Positions 8,192 through 17,400 of a stretch of DNA of 43,272 bases are shown here, piece after piece (position 1 is the first letter of the stretch; every line of letters starts with the position of its first letter). Made by a program: the position numbers and the translations under genes. Location of the stretch: positions 1 to 43,272 of the forward strand of contig JAYEJT010000115.1 of NCBI GenBank assembly GCA_034660675.1. Reading direction: 5' to 3'. This DNA comes from Elusimicrobiota bacterium. GTDB taxonomy: Bacteria > CG03. The notes beneath the pieces were generated by a model. That model searched no databases, was not told the DNA's origin, and saw only the letters and a list, made by a program, of their open reading frames with translations.

Positions 8192-9301
8192 TCAGAGGGC
8201 TTTCTCGAAAATTCTGTATCTTTTATAGGCCTTACCGGAAAGCATCTCTGCCGCGCGCGCCATCATCACATTGTCTTCAAGTACCCATGAGAATTCGCAT
8301 TTTTTATAACCTTTACTCAGCGCTTCTTTAAGGGATCTGTAGTAAAGAAGACTCTCTATCCCCATTTTGTGATAACGCTTCTTGACCCCCATGGTGAGAA
8401 CGCGTATATTTTTTATTTTTTTAAAATAATAAAAAAGCTTCAGCGCCGCAAAAGGCGTAAGCCTCCCTTTTATTTTTATAAGAGCCTGGTTAATATCCGG
8501 CAATGTCATTATAAAACCCGCCGGGTCGTCACCGTAAAAAGCAATCTGGAGCAGCAGGGGATCAACAATCTGTTTGAGTTTCCCGGCCATATAAAAAACC
8601 TCGTCACCGGTAAAAGGAACAAAGCCCCAGTTCTTTTCCCACGCGGCGTTATAGATATCCATGATTATTTTGACCTCATTATCAAAATCATCTTTGTTTA
8701 TCGGCCTTATTTTTATGGCGGAATTTCTTTTCAGTATTCTTTCGGAAATAGAACAAAGTCGCTTTTCGGGCACCTTGTTAACATCGGTGATAAAAGCAAT
8801 CAGATCCTTCGCCTTGTAGAATCCGGCAGACGAGATAAAATCCGCATAATACGGGGGATTATAGGTCATCATTATTTTCGGCGGTTCGTCAAAACCTTCC
8901 ACGAGAAGACCGCACTCGTCGTTCATCGACGGATTCACCGGCCCGCGCATAACCGTCATCTCGCGCGAACGGGCGAAAGACAGAACCGCGTCAAAAAGCA
9001 GACGCGCCGCGCGGGCATCCTCCTCACATTCAAAAAAACCGAAAAAAGCGCATTTCTCACCGTGAAATCTGTTGTGATTCTCGTCTACAACGGCGGCAAT
9101 CCGGCCTATGGTCCTACCGGCGTCCCGCACCATAAAAAAAGCCCTTTCGGCGTGTTTCCAGAAAGGGTTTTCGTCAGAAAACATCTCCCTCATTTCAGAA
9201 ATGAGAGGGGGCGCCCAGTCAGGGTCTTTCGCGTACAAAGCGTACGGAAATTCTATAAAACGCTTTAATTCCCGGGGCGTTTTAACCTGCGCCACTTCCA
9301 T
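8192..9301 (-). CDS. GNAT-superfamily N-acyltransferase (candidate bacterial ceramide synthase-like)
   Basis: A family-typical N-terminus (ELKRFIEFPYALYAKDPDWAPPL) and a C-terminal GNAT core (VLTMGVKKRYHKMGIESLLY). Confidence 0.75.
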   Translation of the reverse strand: MEVAQVKTPRELKRFIEFPYALYAKDPDWAPPLISEMREMFSDENPFWKHAERAFFMVRDAGRTIGRIAAVVDENHNRFHGEKCAFFGFFECEEDARAARLLFDAVLSFARSREMTVMRGPVNPSMNDECGLLVEGFDEPPKIMMTYNPPYYADFISSAGFYKAKDLIAFITDVNKVPEKRLCSISERILKRNSAIKIRPINKDDFDNEVKIIMDIYNAAWEKNWGFVPFTGDEVFYMAGKLKQIVDPLLLQIAFYGDDPAGFIMTLPDINQALIKIKGRLTPFAALKLFYYFKKIKNIRVLTMGVKKRYHKMGIESLLYYRSLKEALSKGYKKCEFSWVLEDNVMMARAAEMLSGKAYKRYRIFEKAL

Positions 9302-10566
9302 AAGCTTTTCATCCAGCCGTTAAGAGCGTTCCACATTTTTGCCATGCGCATCGGTTTGACCGGCAATTTGACAGCCGCGCCTTTTTTAATGATCCCGAGC
9401 CCTTCCCCCGCTTCTTTGAAAGCGGCACAGGCTTCATCAACATGCCTCTTTGTGTGAGAAGCCATGATGCTCACCCGTATAAGCGCGCGCCCGGGCGGCA
9501 CAGCCGGCGAGACCACAGGCGTCACAAAAACGCCTTTTTCAAAGAGACTTTTCCACATTTTAAAAGCCGTTATGTCATCTCCTATGACAACAGGAATGAT
9601 TGGCGTGGTGGTGTTTCCTGTATTAAACCCTAGAGTTTTGAGTTCATCTCTCATGTATTTAGACGTGCGCAGCAATCTTGTTATTCTTTTTCCGTCCTTT
9701 CTTACAATTTCAAGAGCTTTGATAACCGAGGCAATATTGGCCGGCGACGGAGCCGCAGAAAAAATCAGGGCTCTGGCGTTGTGTTTGATGTAATGAATAA
9801 CATCCTCGTCTCCCGCTATAAAACCGCCCGTGGACGCGAAAGATTTTGAAAATGTGCCCATTATGAGATCCACCTCATCCGTCACGCCGAATTGATCGCA
9901 GGTGCCTCGGCCGCAGCGACCGAGAACTCCGATGCCGTGAGCATCGTCAACCATGAACCTGGCACCGTATTTTTTCGCGATCGGCAGCAGTTTGTCAAGC
10001 GGAGCCACATCTCCCTCCATAGAAAAAACGCCGTCAACAATAATGAGTTTCCCCGCATCCGCCGGAAGACTCTTCAGCACCGCCTCAAAATCAGCTATGT
10101 CATTGTGCCTGAATCTCACAAGAGTGCCCGCGGAAAGATGGCAGCCGTCGAGAATGGAAGCGTGATCAAATTTATCAGCTATGATATAATCTTTTTTCCC
10201 CACAAGCGCGGAGATCACGCCGAGATTTACCTGCATACCGGTTGTAAAAACAAGAGCGGCCGGTTTTCCCATATAATCGGCGAGATATTTTTCTAATTTT
10301 TCGTGAATATCAAGGGTCCCGTTGAGAAAGCGGCTCCCGACACATCCCGTTCCGTATTTCTGAGTCGCAACAATGGCGGCGTTTTTCAGACGCTGGTCGG
10401 TGGCAAGGCCAAGATAACTGTTGGAACCCATCATTATCATGCGGCGCCCCTCGCATGTTACAACGGCGTTTTGACCCGATTCTACGGTGTGAAAATAAGG
10501 ATAGAGTCCCGCCCTCTGTACCTCGTGCGCGATGGTAAAATTTTTCACCTTATCAAAAAGTTCCAT
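9265..10566 (-). CDS. PLP-dependent alpha-oxoamine synthase (serine palmitoyltransferase / AONS / KBL family)
   Basis: GSNSYLGL, VDDAHGIGVLG and TFSKSFASTGG (PLP lysine). I prefer the second ATG at 10566, which has GGAGGAG 7 nt upstream, over the track start at 10581. Confidence 0.85.
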   Translation of the reverse strand: MELFDKVKNFTIAHEVQRAGLYPYFHTVESGQNAVVTCEGRRMIMMGSNSYLGLATDQRLKNAAIVATQKYGTGCVGSRFLNGTLDIHEKLEKYLADYMGKPAALVFTTGMQVNLGVISALVGKKDYIIADKFDHASILDGCHLSAGTLVRFRHNDIADFEAVLKSLPADAGKLIIVDGVFSMEGDVAPLDKLLPIAKKYGARFMVDDAHGIGVLGRCGRGTCDQFGVTDEVDLIMGTFSKSFASTGGFIAGDEDVIHYIKHNARALIFSAAPSPANIASVIKALEIVRKDGKRITRLLRTSKYMRDELKTLGFNTGNTTTPIIPVVIGDDITAFKMWKSLFEKGVFVTPVVSPAVPPGRALIRVSIMASHTKRHVDEACAAFKEAGEGLGIIKKGAAVKLPVKPMRMAKMWNALNGWMKSLWKWRRLKRPGN

Positions 10567-10632
10567 TTTTGTCTCCTCCATAATTTCTATCGGTACCCCG
10601 TGTCACACCAAGGTTACATAACTCTCATCCCA

Positions 10633-10661
10633 ATTAAACAATAAAGAACTTTTGCCGTCAA
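10633..10661 (-). promoter_or_regulatory. Candidate promoter for the oxoamine synthase gene (TTGACG-17-TTTAAT)
   Basis: The reverse complement of 10656-10661 is TTGACG and that of 10633-10638 is TTTAAT, with a 17-nt spacer. Confidence 0.35.
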
Positions 10662-10690
10662 GAAAAAAAAGACAAAGAAACCGGTTTCTT
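10662..10690 (-). terminator. Weak candidate intrinsic terminator after the reductase gene
   Basis: Palindrome AAGAAACCGGTTTCTT at 10675-10690 is followed on the minus strand by tgtcTTTTTTTT. The stem is short and AT-rich. Confidence 0.3.
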
Positions 10691-10697
10691 ACTGTTT

Positions 10698-11645
10698 TCA
10701 GAGCCACCCACGCTCCTCATACCATTTAAGCGTAAGAAGGGCTCCGGTTTTCAAATCATAACGGGGATGAAAATTCAACCCGTTTATCATATGCTGCGGA
10801 TTAACAATCCAATGTTCCGCAAGGATCTCTTGCACCTTCTGCGGATTGAGCAGAGCCGTTTTTCGCGTGAAAAACCCGAAAGCCGAAAAAAATGCACCCG
10901 CCACGAGCAGGAAAAAAGACGGCACACGGACAATCCTGCATTCTTTACCGGCACATTCCGCAATGATCCTGACAAAATTCTCCTGCGTCTCCACATCGGG
11001 GTATGCAAGAAAAAAAGTGTCATTTGTACAAGACGAAAAAACAGCATCCCTTATTCCCCCGCAAACATCTTTCACATTTATGAAATTAACGTATTTTTTC
11101 CCGGCCGGCAAAAACGCAAGACCGTTTTTTGCCATTTTAAATGTTACAAAAATGTCCCTGTCCCCCGGTCCGTAAACGGCTGCCGGCCGGAGAATGATAT
11201 ACGGCAGCCCCGATTCTCTGACAGATTTCTCAGCGAGAACTTTGCTTTTTCCGTAATCCGACACGGGATGCGGCTCGTCTGTCTCTTCCGCCGGACGCTC
11301 CAGCGGAGCCGGGCCGGCAACGGCCTGAGAAGAAATAAATATAAATTTTTTCAGGTTTTTTATTTTTCCGGCCTTCCGCAGAAGCGCCGCGGTACCTTGC
11401 GAATTCACCTCATAATATTTTTTTGAAGAGCAGCGCACCACTCCGGCGTTATGAATTATAACGTCAACTTCCGGCAGGTCGGGAAGCCCTTCCCTCATAT
11501 CGCCATAAACAGGAAAAATATTCGGCTGCTTTATACTTTCAAACTTTTGTCTGCTCCGGACCAGACAAAAAAGCTCGTGATATTTCAGCAGCGGAACCAG
11601 GTTTTTTCCTATAAAGCCGGTGGCCCCTGTCAAAAATATTTTCAT
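10698..11645 (-). CDS. NAD(P)-dependent epimerase/dehydratase-family (extended SDR) reductase
   Basis: MKIFLTGATGFIGKNL Rossmann motif and a YGKSK catalytic Y-x3-K. I chose ATG 11645; the track extension to 11684 (TTG) only translates the palindromic element. Confidence 0.85.
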   Translation of the reverse strand: MKIFLTGATGFIGKNLVPLLKYHELFCLVRSRQKFESIKQPNIFPVYGDMREGLPDLPEVDVIIHNAGVVRCSSKKYYEVNSQGTAALLRKAGKIKNLKKFIFISSQAVAGPAPLERPAEETDEPHPVSDYGKSKVLAEKSVRESGLPYIILRPAAVYGPGDRDIFVTFKMAKNGLAFLPAGKKYVNFINVKDVCGGIRDAVFSSCTNDTFFLAYPDVETQENFVRIIAECAGKECRIVRVPSFFLLVAGAFFSAFGFFTRKTALLNPQKVQEILAEHWIVNPQHMINGLNFHPRYDLKTGALLTLKWYEERGWL

Positions 11646-11649
11646 AAAC

Positions 11650-11734
11650 CAATGGGGACGGTTCCTATTGGTCCCTTGGCACAATTACTACACATTAATA
11701 TTTTGTTCCCTTTCAATAGGAACCGTCCCCATTG
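11650..11734. repeat. Perfect 21-bp inverted repeat (CAATGGGGACGGTTCCTATTG / CAATAGGAACCGTCCCCATTG) with a 43-nt spacer
   Basis: Read directly from the sequence. Arms are at 11650-11670 and 11714-11734. The core GGGGACGGTTC is shared with the element at 40010-40066. Confidence 0.85.
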
Positions 11735-12825
11735 ATTAAAACAAGATTATCTCTGTTTATCACTTCAGAACAGCCGTCGCGGCCCAGCAGTTTTTTGATA
11801 CTTCCTGTGCGGCAGCCGCGAATTTTATTCACTTCGGAATCCGTATAATTGACAATTCCTCTCGCGAAAATTTTTCTGCCGGAAATAACATTTACAATAT
11901 CGCCTTTAGCAAAAACCCCTTCAACTCCCGTGATTCCTGCCGGAAGCAGGCTTTTCCCGGATTTCGCTATCGCCTCATAAGCGCCGCGATCAACGATTAC
12001 GGACGCTCTGCAGAGACTGCCGAAAGCTATCCATCTTTTGCGGTTTTTGAGCTTCACCGACGGAAGAATAAGCGTACCCGGGTTTTTTTTATCGAGCAGG
12101 ATCTTTTCAAGCACACCTCTCGTTTTTCCCGAAGCTATCGTCATGCGGCACCCGGAAAGACGCGTTATCTTGGCCGCAAAAAGCTTGGATCTCATCCCGC
12201 CCGTGCCGAATTCTGAAGCGGCGCCGGCGCTTTTCAGAGCCGGCCCATCTATATTCTTTAATTGTCCGGCAAGTTTACCGTCCACATAAAGACCTTTCAC
12301 ATTTGTAAGAATCACGAGATCGCGGGCTTCTATGTGACTTGCCGCCAGGGCTGACAGACGGTCATTATCACCGAATTTCAACTCATCAACCGTAACCGAA
12401 TCGTTTTCGTTTATCACAGGTACAATGCCCTCGTCAAGAATTTTCAGCAGCACCCTTCTAAGATTCAGATATTTTTTTCTGTCCGAAAAATCATCAGCCG
12501 AACAGAGCACCTGGGCCCCCGTAAAACCCTTTTTTGAAAACGCCTTAATCCACATGTCCATCAGCAGGGGCTGTCCAACCGAAGCCAGCATCTGCGCTTC
12601 GGAAATGTTCCCCGGCCGCGGTCTCGCGAGTTTCGCCATCCCGCATCCGACAGCCCCGGAAGAAACAACAAGAATCTGAAAACCTTTTTTCTTGAGCAAT
12701 GCTATTTCTCCGCAAACCGCGTTTATCACCGAAACACTTATTCCTTTTCCGTCACTTAACAAACCAGTACCCAGTTTTATAACCGCTCTTTTTCCGCCGC
12801 AGGCGGATTTCTCTTTGTTCAACAT
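11713..12825 (-). CDS. proB: Glutamate 5-kinase with C-terminal PUA domain
   Basis: RAVIKLGTGLL, ILVVSSGAVGCG, FGDNDRLSA and a PUA-like C-terminus. Confidence 0.9.
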   Translation of the reverse strand: MLNKEKSACGGKRAVIKLGTGLLSDGKGISVSVINAVCGEIALLKKKGFQILVVSSGAVGCGMAKLARPRPGNISEAQMLASVGQPLLMDMWIKAFSKKGFTGAQVLCSADDFSDRKKYLNLRRVLLKILDEGIVPVINENDSVTVDELKFGDNDRLSALAASHIEARDLVILTNVKGLYVDGKLAGQLKNIDGPALKSAGAASEFGTGGMRSKLFAAKITRLSGCRMTIASGKTRGVLEKILLDKKNPGTLILPSVKLKNRKRWIAFGSLCRASVIVDRGAYEAIAKSGKSLLPAGITGVEGVFAKGDIVNVISGRKIFARGIVNYTDSEVNKIRGCRTGSIKKLLGRDGCSEVINRDNLVLINGDGSY

Positions 12826-13793
12826 AAAACCTCTCTTATGTGTTCCACAAGCCCGTTGACCCCCGTTCCTTCCAACGCGGATATCGCAAAATGTTTTCCC
12901 CCGATAGACTTATAATCTTCTGTCACTGCGCAGGTATCTATTTTGTTAACAGCAACCACAAAAGGTTTTTCCAGCAAAAAAGGATTGTATTGTTTTATTT
13001 CATCCAGCAGAATTCTAAAATCAGCGTAAGGATCCCCCTCTTTACTGAAACCGTTAACATCCAGAACAAAAAGCAGAATTTTCACCCGTTCAATGTGCGC
13101 GAGAAATTTAAAACCCAAACCTTTACCGGCGTGGGCACCCTCGACAATCCCCGGCAAGTCAGCAAAGCTGATTTGCCGTGTCTGGGTTTTCACCACGCCA
13201 AGATTCGGTTTGAGCGTGGTAAAAGGGTAAGCCGCCACGCGCGGATGCGCGTTTGAAATACGGCTCAAAAGAGTGGATTTTCCCGCGTTGGGAAAACCCA
13301 CTAGCCCCACATCCGCAATTAACTTTAATTTTAAAAGCAGTTCCGCACTCTCGCCGGGAGTTCCTTTTTCAAAACGGCGGGGGGTTCTGTTTACAGCGCT
13401 TTTGAAAAAATCATTTCCGCGGCCGCCCCGGCCGCCCCGGGCGGCGCAAACGCTGTCTCCCTCAAAAATGAGATCGGCGATGAGTTCACCGCTTCTGTAA
13501 ACCTCGGTGCCGCACGGCACTTTTATCGTCAGTGTTTCGCCGTCTTTACCCTTCCTTCTGCTGCCTTCTCCGCCGCCGCCTGCATCGGATTTGTAATAAG
13601 GCCGGAGTTTGAAATCGTAAAGTGTTACAAGATGGGGCGAGGCTTCAAGCACAATGTCCCCGCCATTGCCGCCGTCCCCGCCGTCTGGACCGCCTTTTGC
13701 AATGAATTTTTCTCTGCGAAACGAAACACAACCGCTTCCGCCTCCGCCAGCTTTAACGGTAATTTTAGCCCTATCGGCAAAATGCGATTTCAA
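12819..13793 (-). CDS. obg: GTPase Obg/CgtA
   Basis: Glycine-rich Obg fold (GGGGSGCVSFRREKFIAKGGPDGGDGGNGG) and G-domain motifs GFPNAGKST, DLPG and NKID. Confidence 0.9.
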   Translation of the reverse strand: MKSHFADRAKITVKAGGGGSGCVSFRREKFIAKGGPDGGDGGNGGDIVLEASPHLVTLYDFKLRPYYKSDAGGGGEGSRRKGKDGETLTIKVPCGTEVYRSGELIADLIFEGDSVCAARGGRGGRGNDFFKSAVNRTPRRFEKGTPGESAELLLKLKLIADVGLVGFPNAGKSTLLSRISNAHPRVAAYPFTTLKPNLGVVKTQTRQISFADLPGIVEGAHAGKGLGFKFLAHIERVKILLFVLDVNGFSKEGDPYADFRILLDEIKQYNPFLLEKPFVVAVNKIDTCAVTEDYKSIGGKHFAISALEGTGVNGLVEHIREVLC

Positions 13794-13802
13794 AAGGCTC
13801 TG

Positions 13803-14048
13803 TTATTCCACTGAAACTATTTTTTTTCCGGCTCTGGTAGAAAATTTGACTTTACCGGAGATTTTCGCGTAAATACTGTCATCTCTCCCTATACCCGTGT
13901 TAAGGCCCGGAACAACCTTCGATCCGCGTTGCCGGATTATAATACCCCCGCCTTTAACAGTCTGTCCGCCGGATATCTTCACCCCCAGCCTGCGTCCTTC
14001 TGAATCCCGTCCGTTAGACGATGAACCCTGTCCTTTCTTATGTGCCAT
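13803..14048 (-). CDS. rpmA: 50S ribosomal protein L27
   Basis: [24 protein letters not shown]. Confidence 0.95.
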   Translation of the reverse strand: MAHKKGQGSSSNGRDSEGRRLGVKISGGQTVKGGGIIIRQRGSKVVPGLNTGIGRDDSIYAKISGKVKFSTRAGKKIVSVE

Positions 14049-14133
14049 TTTACAGCCTCCGTTTATTTAATTTTCGGAACATTGTAGCAAAGAAAACGTG
14101 ATAACAAAAGTGCGGCTAAAAACTAAACCACCG

Positions 14134-14445
14134 TTAGATTTTAATGGTTTTGACTTCGTAAACGAAATATTGCTGGCGGTGGCCTATTTTGCGGCGGTAA
14201 CCTTTGCGGCGCTTTTTTTTGAATGAAATAACTTTCGGCGCTTTTTTGGGACCTATGAATTCAAGAGAAACGCTGGCCCCGGAAAGCAGTGGTTCGCCCA
14301 TAAGGACTTTATTTTTTGTCTTTACGAGCAGAACTTTGTCTATGCTCTTAAGGTCACCGTTATCCAGCTCCACCTTGTCTCCAACACTCACAAAATACTG
14401 CTTGCCGCCGCCGTCAATGACCGCGTAATCTTTTATATCACTCAT
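14134..14445 (-). CDS. rplU: 50S ribosomal protein L21
   Basis: YAVIDGGGKQYFVSVGDKV... and ...KKRRKGYRRKIGHRQ. Confidence 0.95.
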   Translation of the reverse strand: MSDIKDYAVIDGGGKQYFVSVGDKVELDNGDLKSIDKVLLVKTKNKVLMGEPLLSGASVSLEFIGPKKAPKVISFKKKRRKGYRRKIGHRQQYFVYEVKTIKI

Positions 14446-14448
14446 CTG

Positions 14449-17400
14449 CTACTTCCTTTTTGTTGCCGCCAGACCCGTGCCGGCGGGTATTTTCCTGCCC
14501 ACTATGATATTTTCCTTCAGACCCTCAAAATTATCTTCCGCCCCTTTTATGGCTGATTCGGTGAGCACTCTCGTGGTCTCCTGAAAGGACGCCGCGGATA
14601 TGAAAGACTTGCTGTTTAACGCGGCTTTCGTTATACCCTGCAGGATAGATTCAAAAGAGGCCTTTTTCTTGGACGCGGTAAGTTTTTCATTCACCTCACG
14701 CACCTCCCATTTCCCGACCTGCTCTCCTGTTATAAAAGCCGTATCGCCGGGATCAACAATGCGAACCCTGGAAAGCATCTGTTTAACTATAATTTCTATG
14801 TGCTTATCATTAACCTTAACGCCCTGGAGACGGTAAACGCCCTGTACCTCGTCAAGAAGATGGGTCTGCACCCCTTTCTCCCCCTGCACCTTAAGAATGT
14901 CGTGCGGATCCATGGCTCCGTCGGTGAGCTGGTCTCCGGCAGACACTTCGTCGCCGTTGTAAACAATAAGGTGCTTCCCGTGCGGAATCACGTATTCTCT
15001 CGCTTCTCCGCCGCGGGATGGCGTAATTTTGACCATCATCTCGCCTTTTTCCGAAGTCATAATTTCTGCGATTCCGGAAATTTCTGTGATAACCGCGGCT
15101 TTTTTCGGCTTACGGGCTTCAAAAAGTTCGGTCACACGCGGCAAACCACCGGTAATGTCCTTGATCTTTGTTATTTCCTGAGGAATCTTAGCGACAATAT
15201 CACCGGCTTCAACTTTGTCTTTGTTGGCAACAGCGATGTGCGTATCGGGAGGCAGGGGAAAAATATCCTTCTTCCCGTTCTTATCCGCCACTTCCAGCTG
15301 CGGCCTGTATTTGCTCCTCTGGTAAGGTATAACTATACGCTCAAGAAGGCCTGTTTCTTTGGACCGGTCTTCTCTTATTGTAATACCCGAGATAATATCT
15401 CTCCAGCGGATAACGCCGGCACGCACCGCGATCAAAGGCATTTCCCTCGGGTTCCACTGCCCTACCAACTCACCCCTTTTCACTTTCCTATTACTGTCAA
15501 ACTTAATTGCGGCGCCGTAGGGAATACCGAAAGTCTGGGGAATAAGTTTTTTCGGATTTCTGAATATCATTTTAGCATTCTTGCTGATCACAACAAGAAC
15601 GCCCTCTTTATTTTTTATGGTTTGAAGATTCTCAAATTCCACTTTACCGTCAGCCTGGGCGCGCAATTCAGAGGTATCCATAACCCTCCCGGCTATGCCT
15701 CCGATATGAAACGTGCGAAGAGTCAGCTGCGTGCCCGGCTCTCCGACGCTTTGAGCCGCTATAACACCGACCGTGGTGCCTATCCTGACCATATTACCCG
15801 TTGATAAATCTCTTCCATAACACTTGGCACAGCAGCCGCGCGGAGCCTGGCATGTGAGCACGGATCTTATTTTGACAGACACAAAACCCGCATCTTCTAT
15901 TTTCTTCGCGTCAGCTTCACTAACCATTTCGCCTTCTTTTATCAGTACTTCATCGGTAATGGGGTTGACAATGTTATCCGTGACAACGCGGCCGACTATT
16001 CTCTCGGCAAGAGATTCAACAACATTTTGCCCTTCCATAAGCGCTGAAACCGTTATGCCGTTAACAGACTGGCAATCATCCATGGTAACCACAACATCCT
16101 GCCCGACATCCACGAGTTTCCGTGAAAGATAACCGGCCTCGGCAGTTTTGAGCGCCGTGTCTGAAAGACCTTTTCTTCCGCCATGAGTTGAAATAAAATA
16201 TTCGGGCACCGTCATTCCCTCTCTGAAATTAGAAACGATGGGCGTCTCCACAACCTCACCGATTTCACCGGTGACTCTTTTCTGTGGTTTTGCCATAAGG
16301 CCCCTCATCGCGACCATCTGACGCACCTGCGTACGCGAACCTCTTGCCCCGGAAGAAGCCATTATATACAATGAGTTAAATCTCGGCTCACCCGGCTTGT
16401 ATTGTTCAAACTCCTGCTTGGCCATATCGTCGAATACCATATCTGCCAACTGGTCACTTGTGTCCTGCCAAAGAGATATTATCCTGTTGTATCTTTCCTG
16501 CTTACTCATAATGCCGGCCTGATAACTTTTATCAAATTTTTTCACCTTTTCTTTTGACACATCGATTATTTTGTCTTTGGCACCGCACTGAATCAGCGAA
16601 TCTATCAAAATGGAACTGCCCGACACCATGGCATAGTGAAATCCCAGCCTTTTTATTCTGTCAAGAAATTTAGCCAAAACATAATTATTGGACTTGCTGT
16701 GAATTTTCATGATCATATCATGGATACGGCTCTTGGTCATTTCCATGTTGATCTTTTCAACCCCTTCCGGGATTATATCATTGAAAATTATTCTTCCGGG
16801 CGTCGTATAATCTTTCCACTCCGCCAGCTTAAGAATTTTGCCGTCTTGCCCTTTTTCCGATATTTTATTCAAACCCGCAACTTTTATTTTTGCATGCATA
16901 CCGACAACACCGAATCGGAAAGCGCGTATGGCCTCATCCGCGTCTTTAAATATTTTGCCTTCACCCTCTTCCCCCGGTTTTTTCTTAGTCAGATACGCAA
17001 CCCCCAGGACCATATCCTGAGAGGGGGCGTCAAGCATGTTGCCGGAAGCAGGTGAAAAAAAGTTTTTTGTTGATAGCAGAAGCGTCATAACTTCCATTCT
17101 CGCTTCCGGAGTCAGCGGCAGGTGAAGCGCCATCTGATCACCGTCAAAATCAGCGTTGAACGGCGCGCAGACAAGAGGATGGAGTTGCACGGCATTTCCT
17201 TCCACCAGCACCGGATAAAAGGCCTGAATGCTGAGCCTGTGAAGAGTCGGAGCGCGATTGATCATAATCGGATACATCTTCATTATTTTTTCCAGAAGAT
17301 CAAAAACAAGGCCGGGCTGCTCGCGTATAACCCTGTTCGCATCTTTTATGTGCGCGGCCAGCCCCTGCTTACGCAGTTCCCTGATAACAAAAGGTTTAAA

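Noticed and set aside
8369-9268. Long plus-strand ORF (299 aa) antisense to the GNAT gene. Similar ORFs occur at 28110..29558 (482 aa, antisense to gyrA) and 14800..15804 (334 aa, antisense to rpoC).
   Set aside because: The translations are low-complexity, R/K/F-rich and motif-free. The opposite strand encodes strongly recognisable proteins. These are shadow ORFs.
7602-11734. Possible tRNA-Thr-linked genomic island (YaeQ plus the lipid cluster) bounded by the palindromic element.
   Set aside because: I found no direct repeat of the tRNA 3-prime end and no integrase or other mobility gene. The resemblance between the T-arm and the palindrome core is only partial.
13415-13445. Tandem direct repeat CCGCCCCGG x2.
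   Set aside because: It lies inside obg and simply encodes the glycine/arginine-rich GGRGGRG part of the Obg fold.
14049-14133. Possible internal promoter (TTTGTT-16-TACAAT) or ribosomal leader between rplU and rpmA.
   Set aside because: The hexamers are weak, and I could not identify a conserved leader structure by eye. It is left unannotated.
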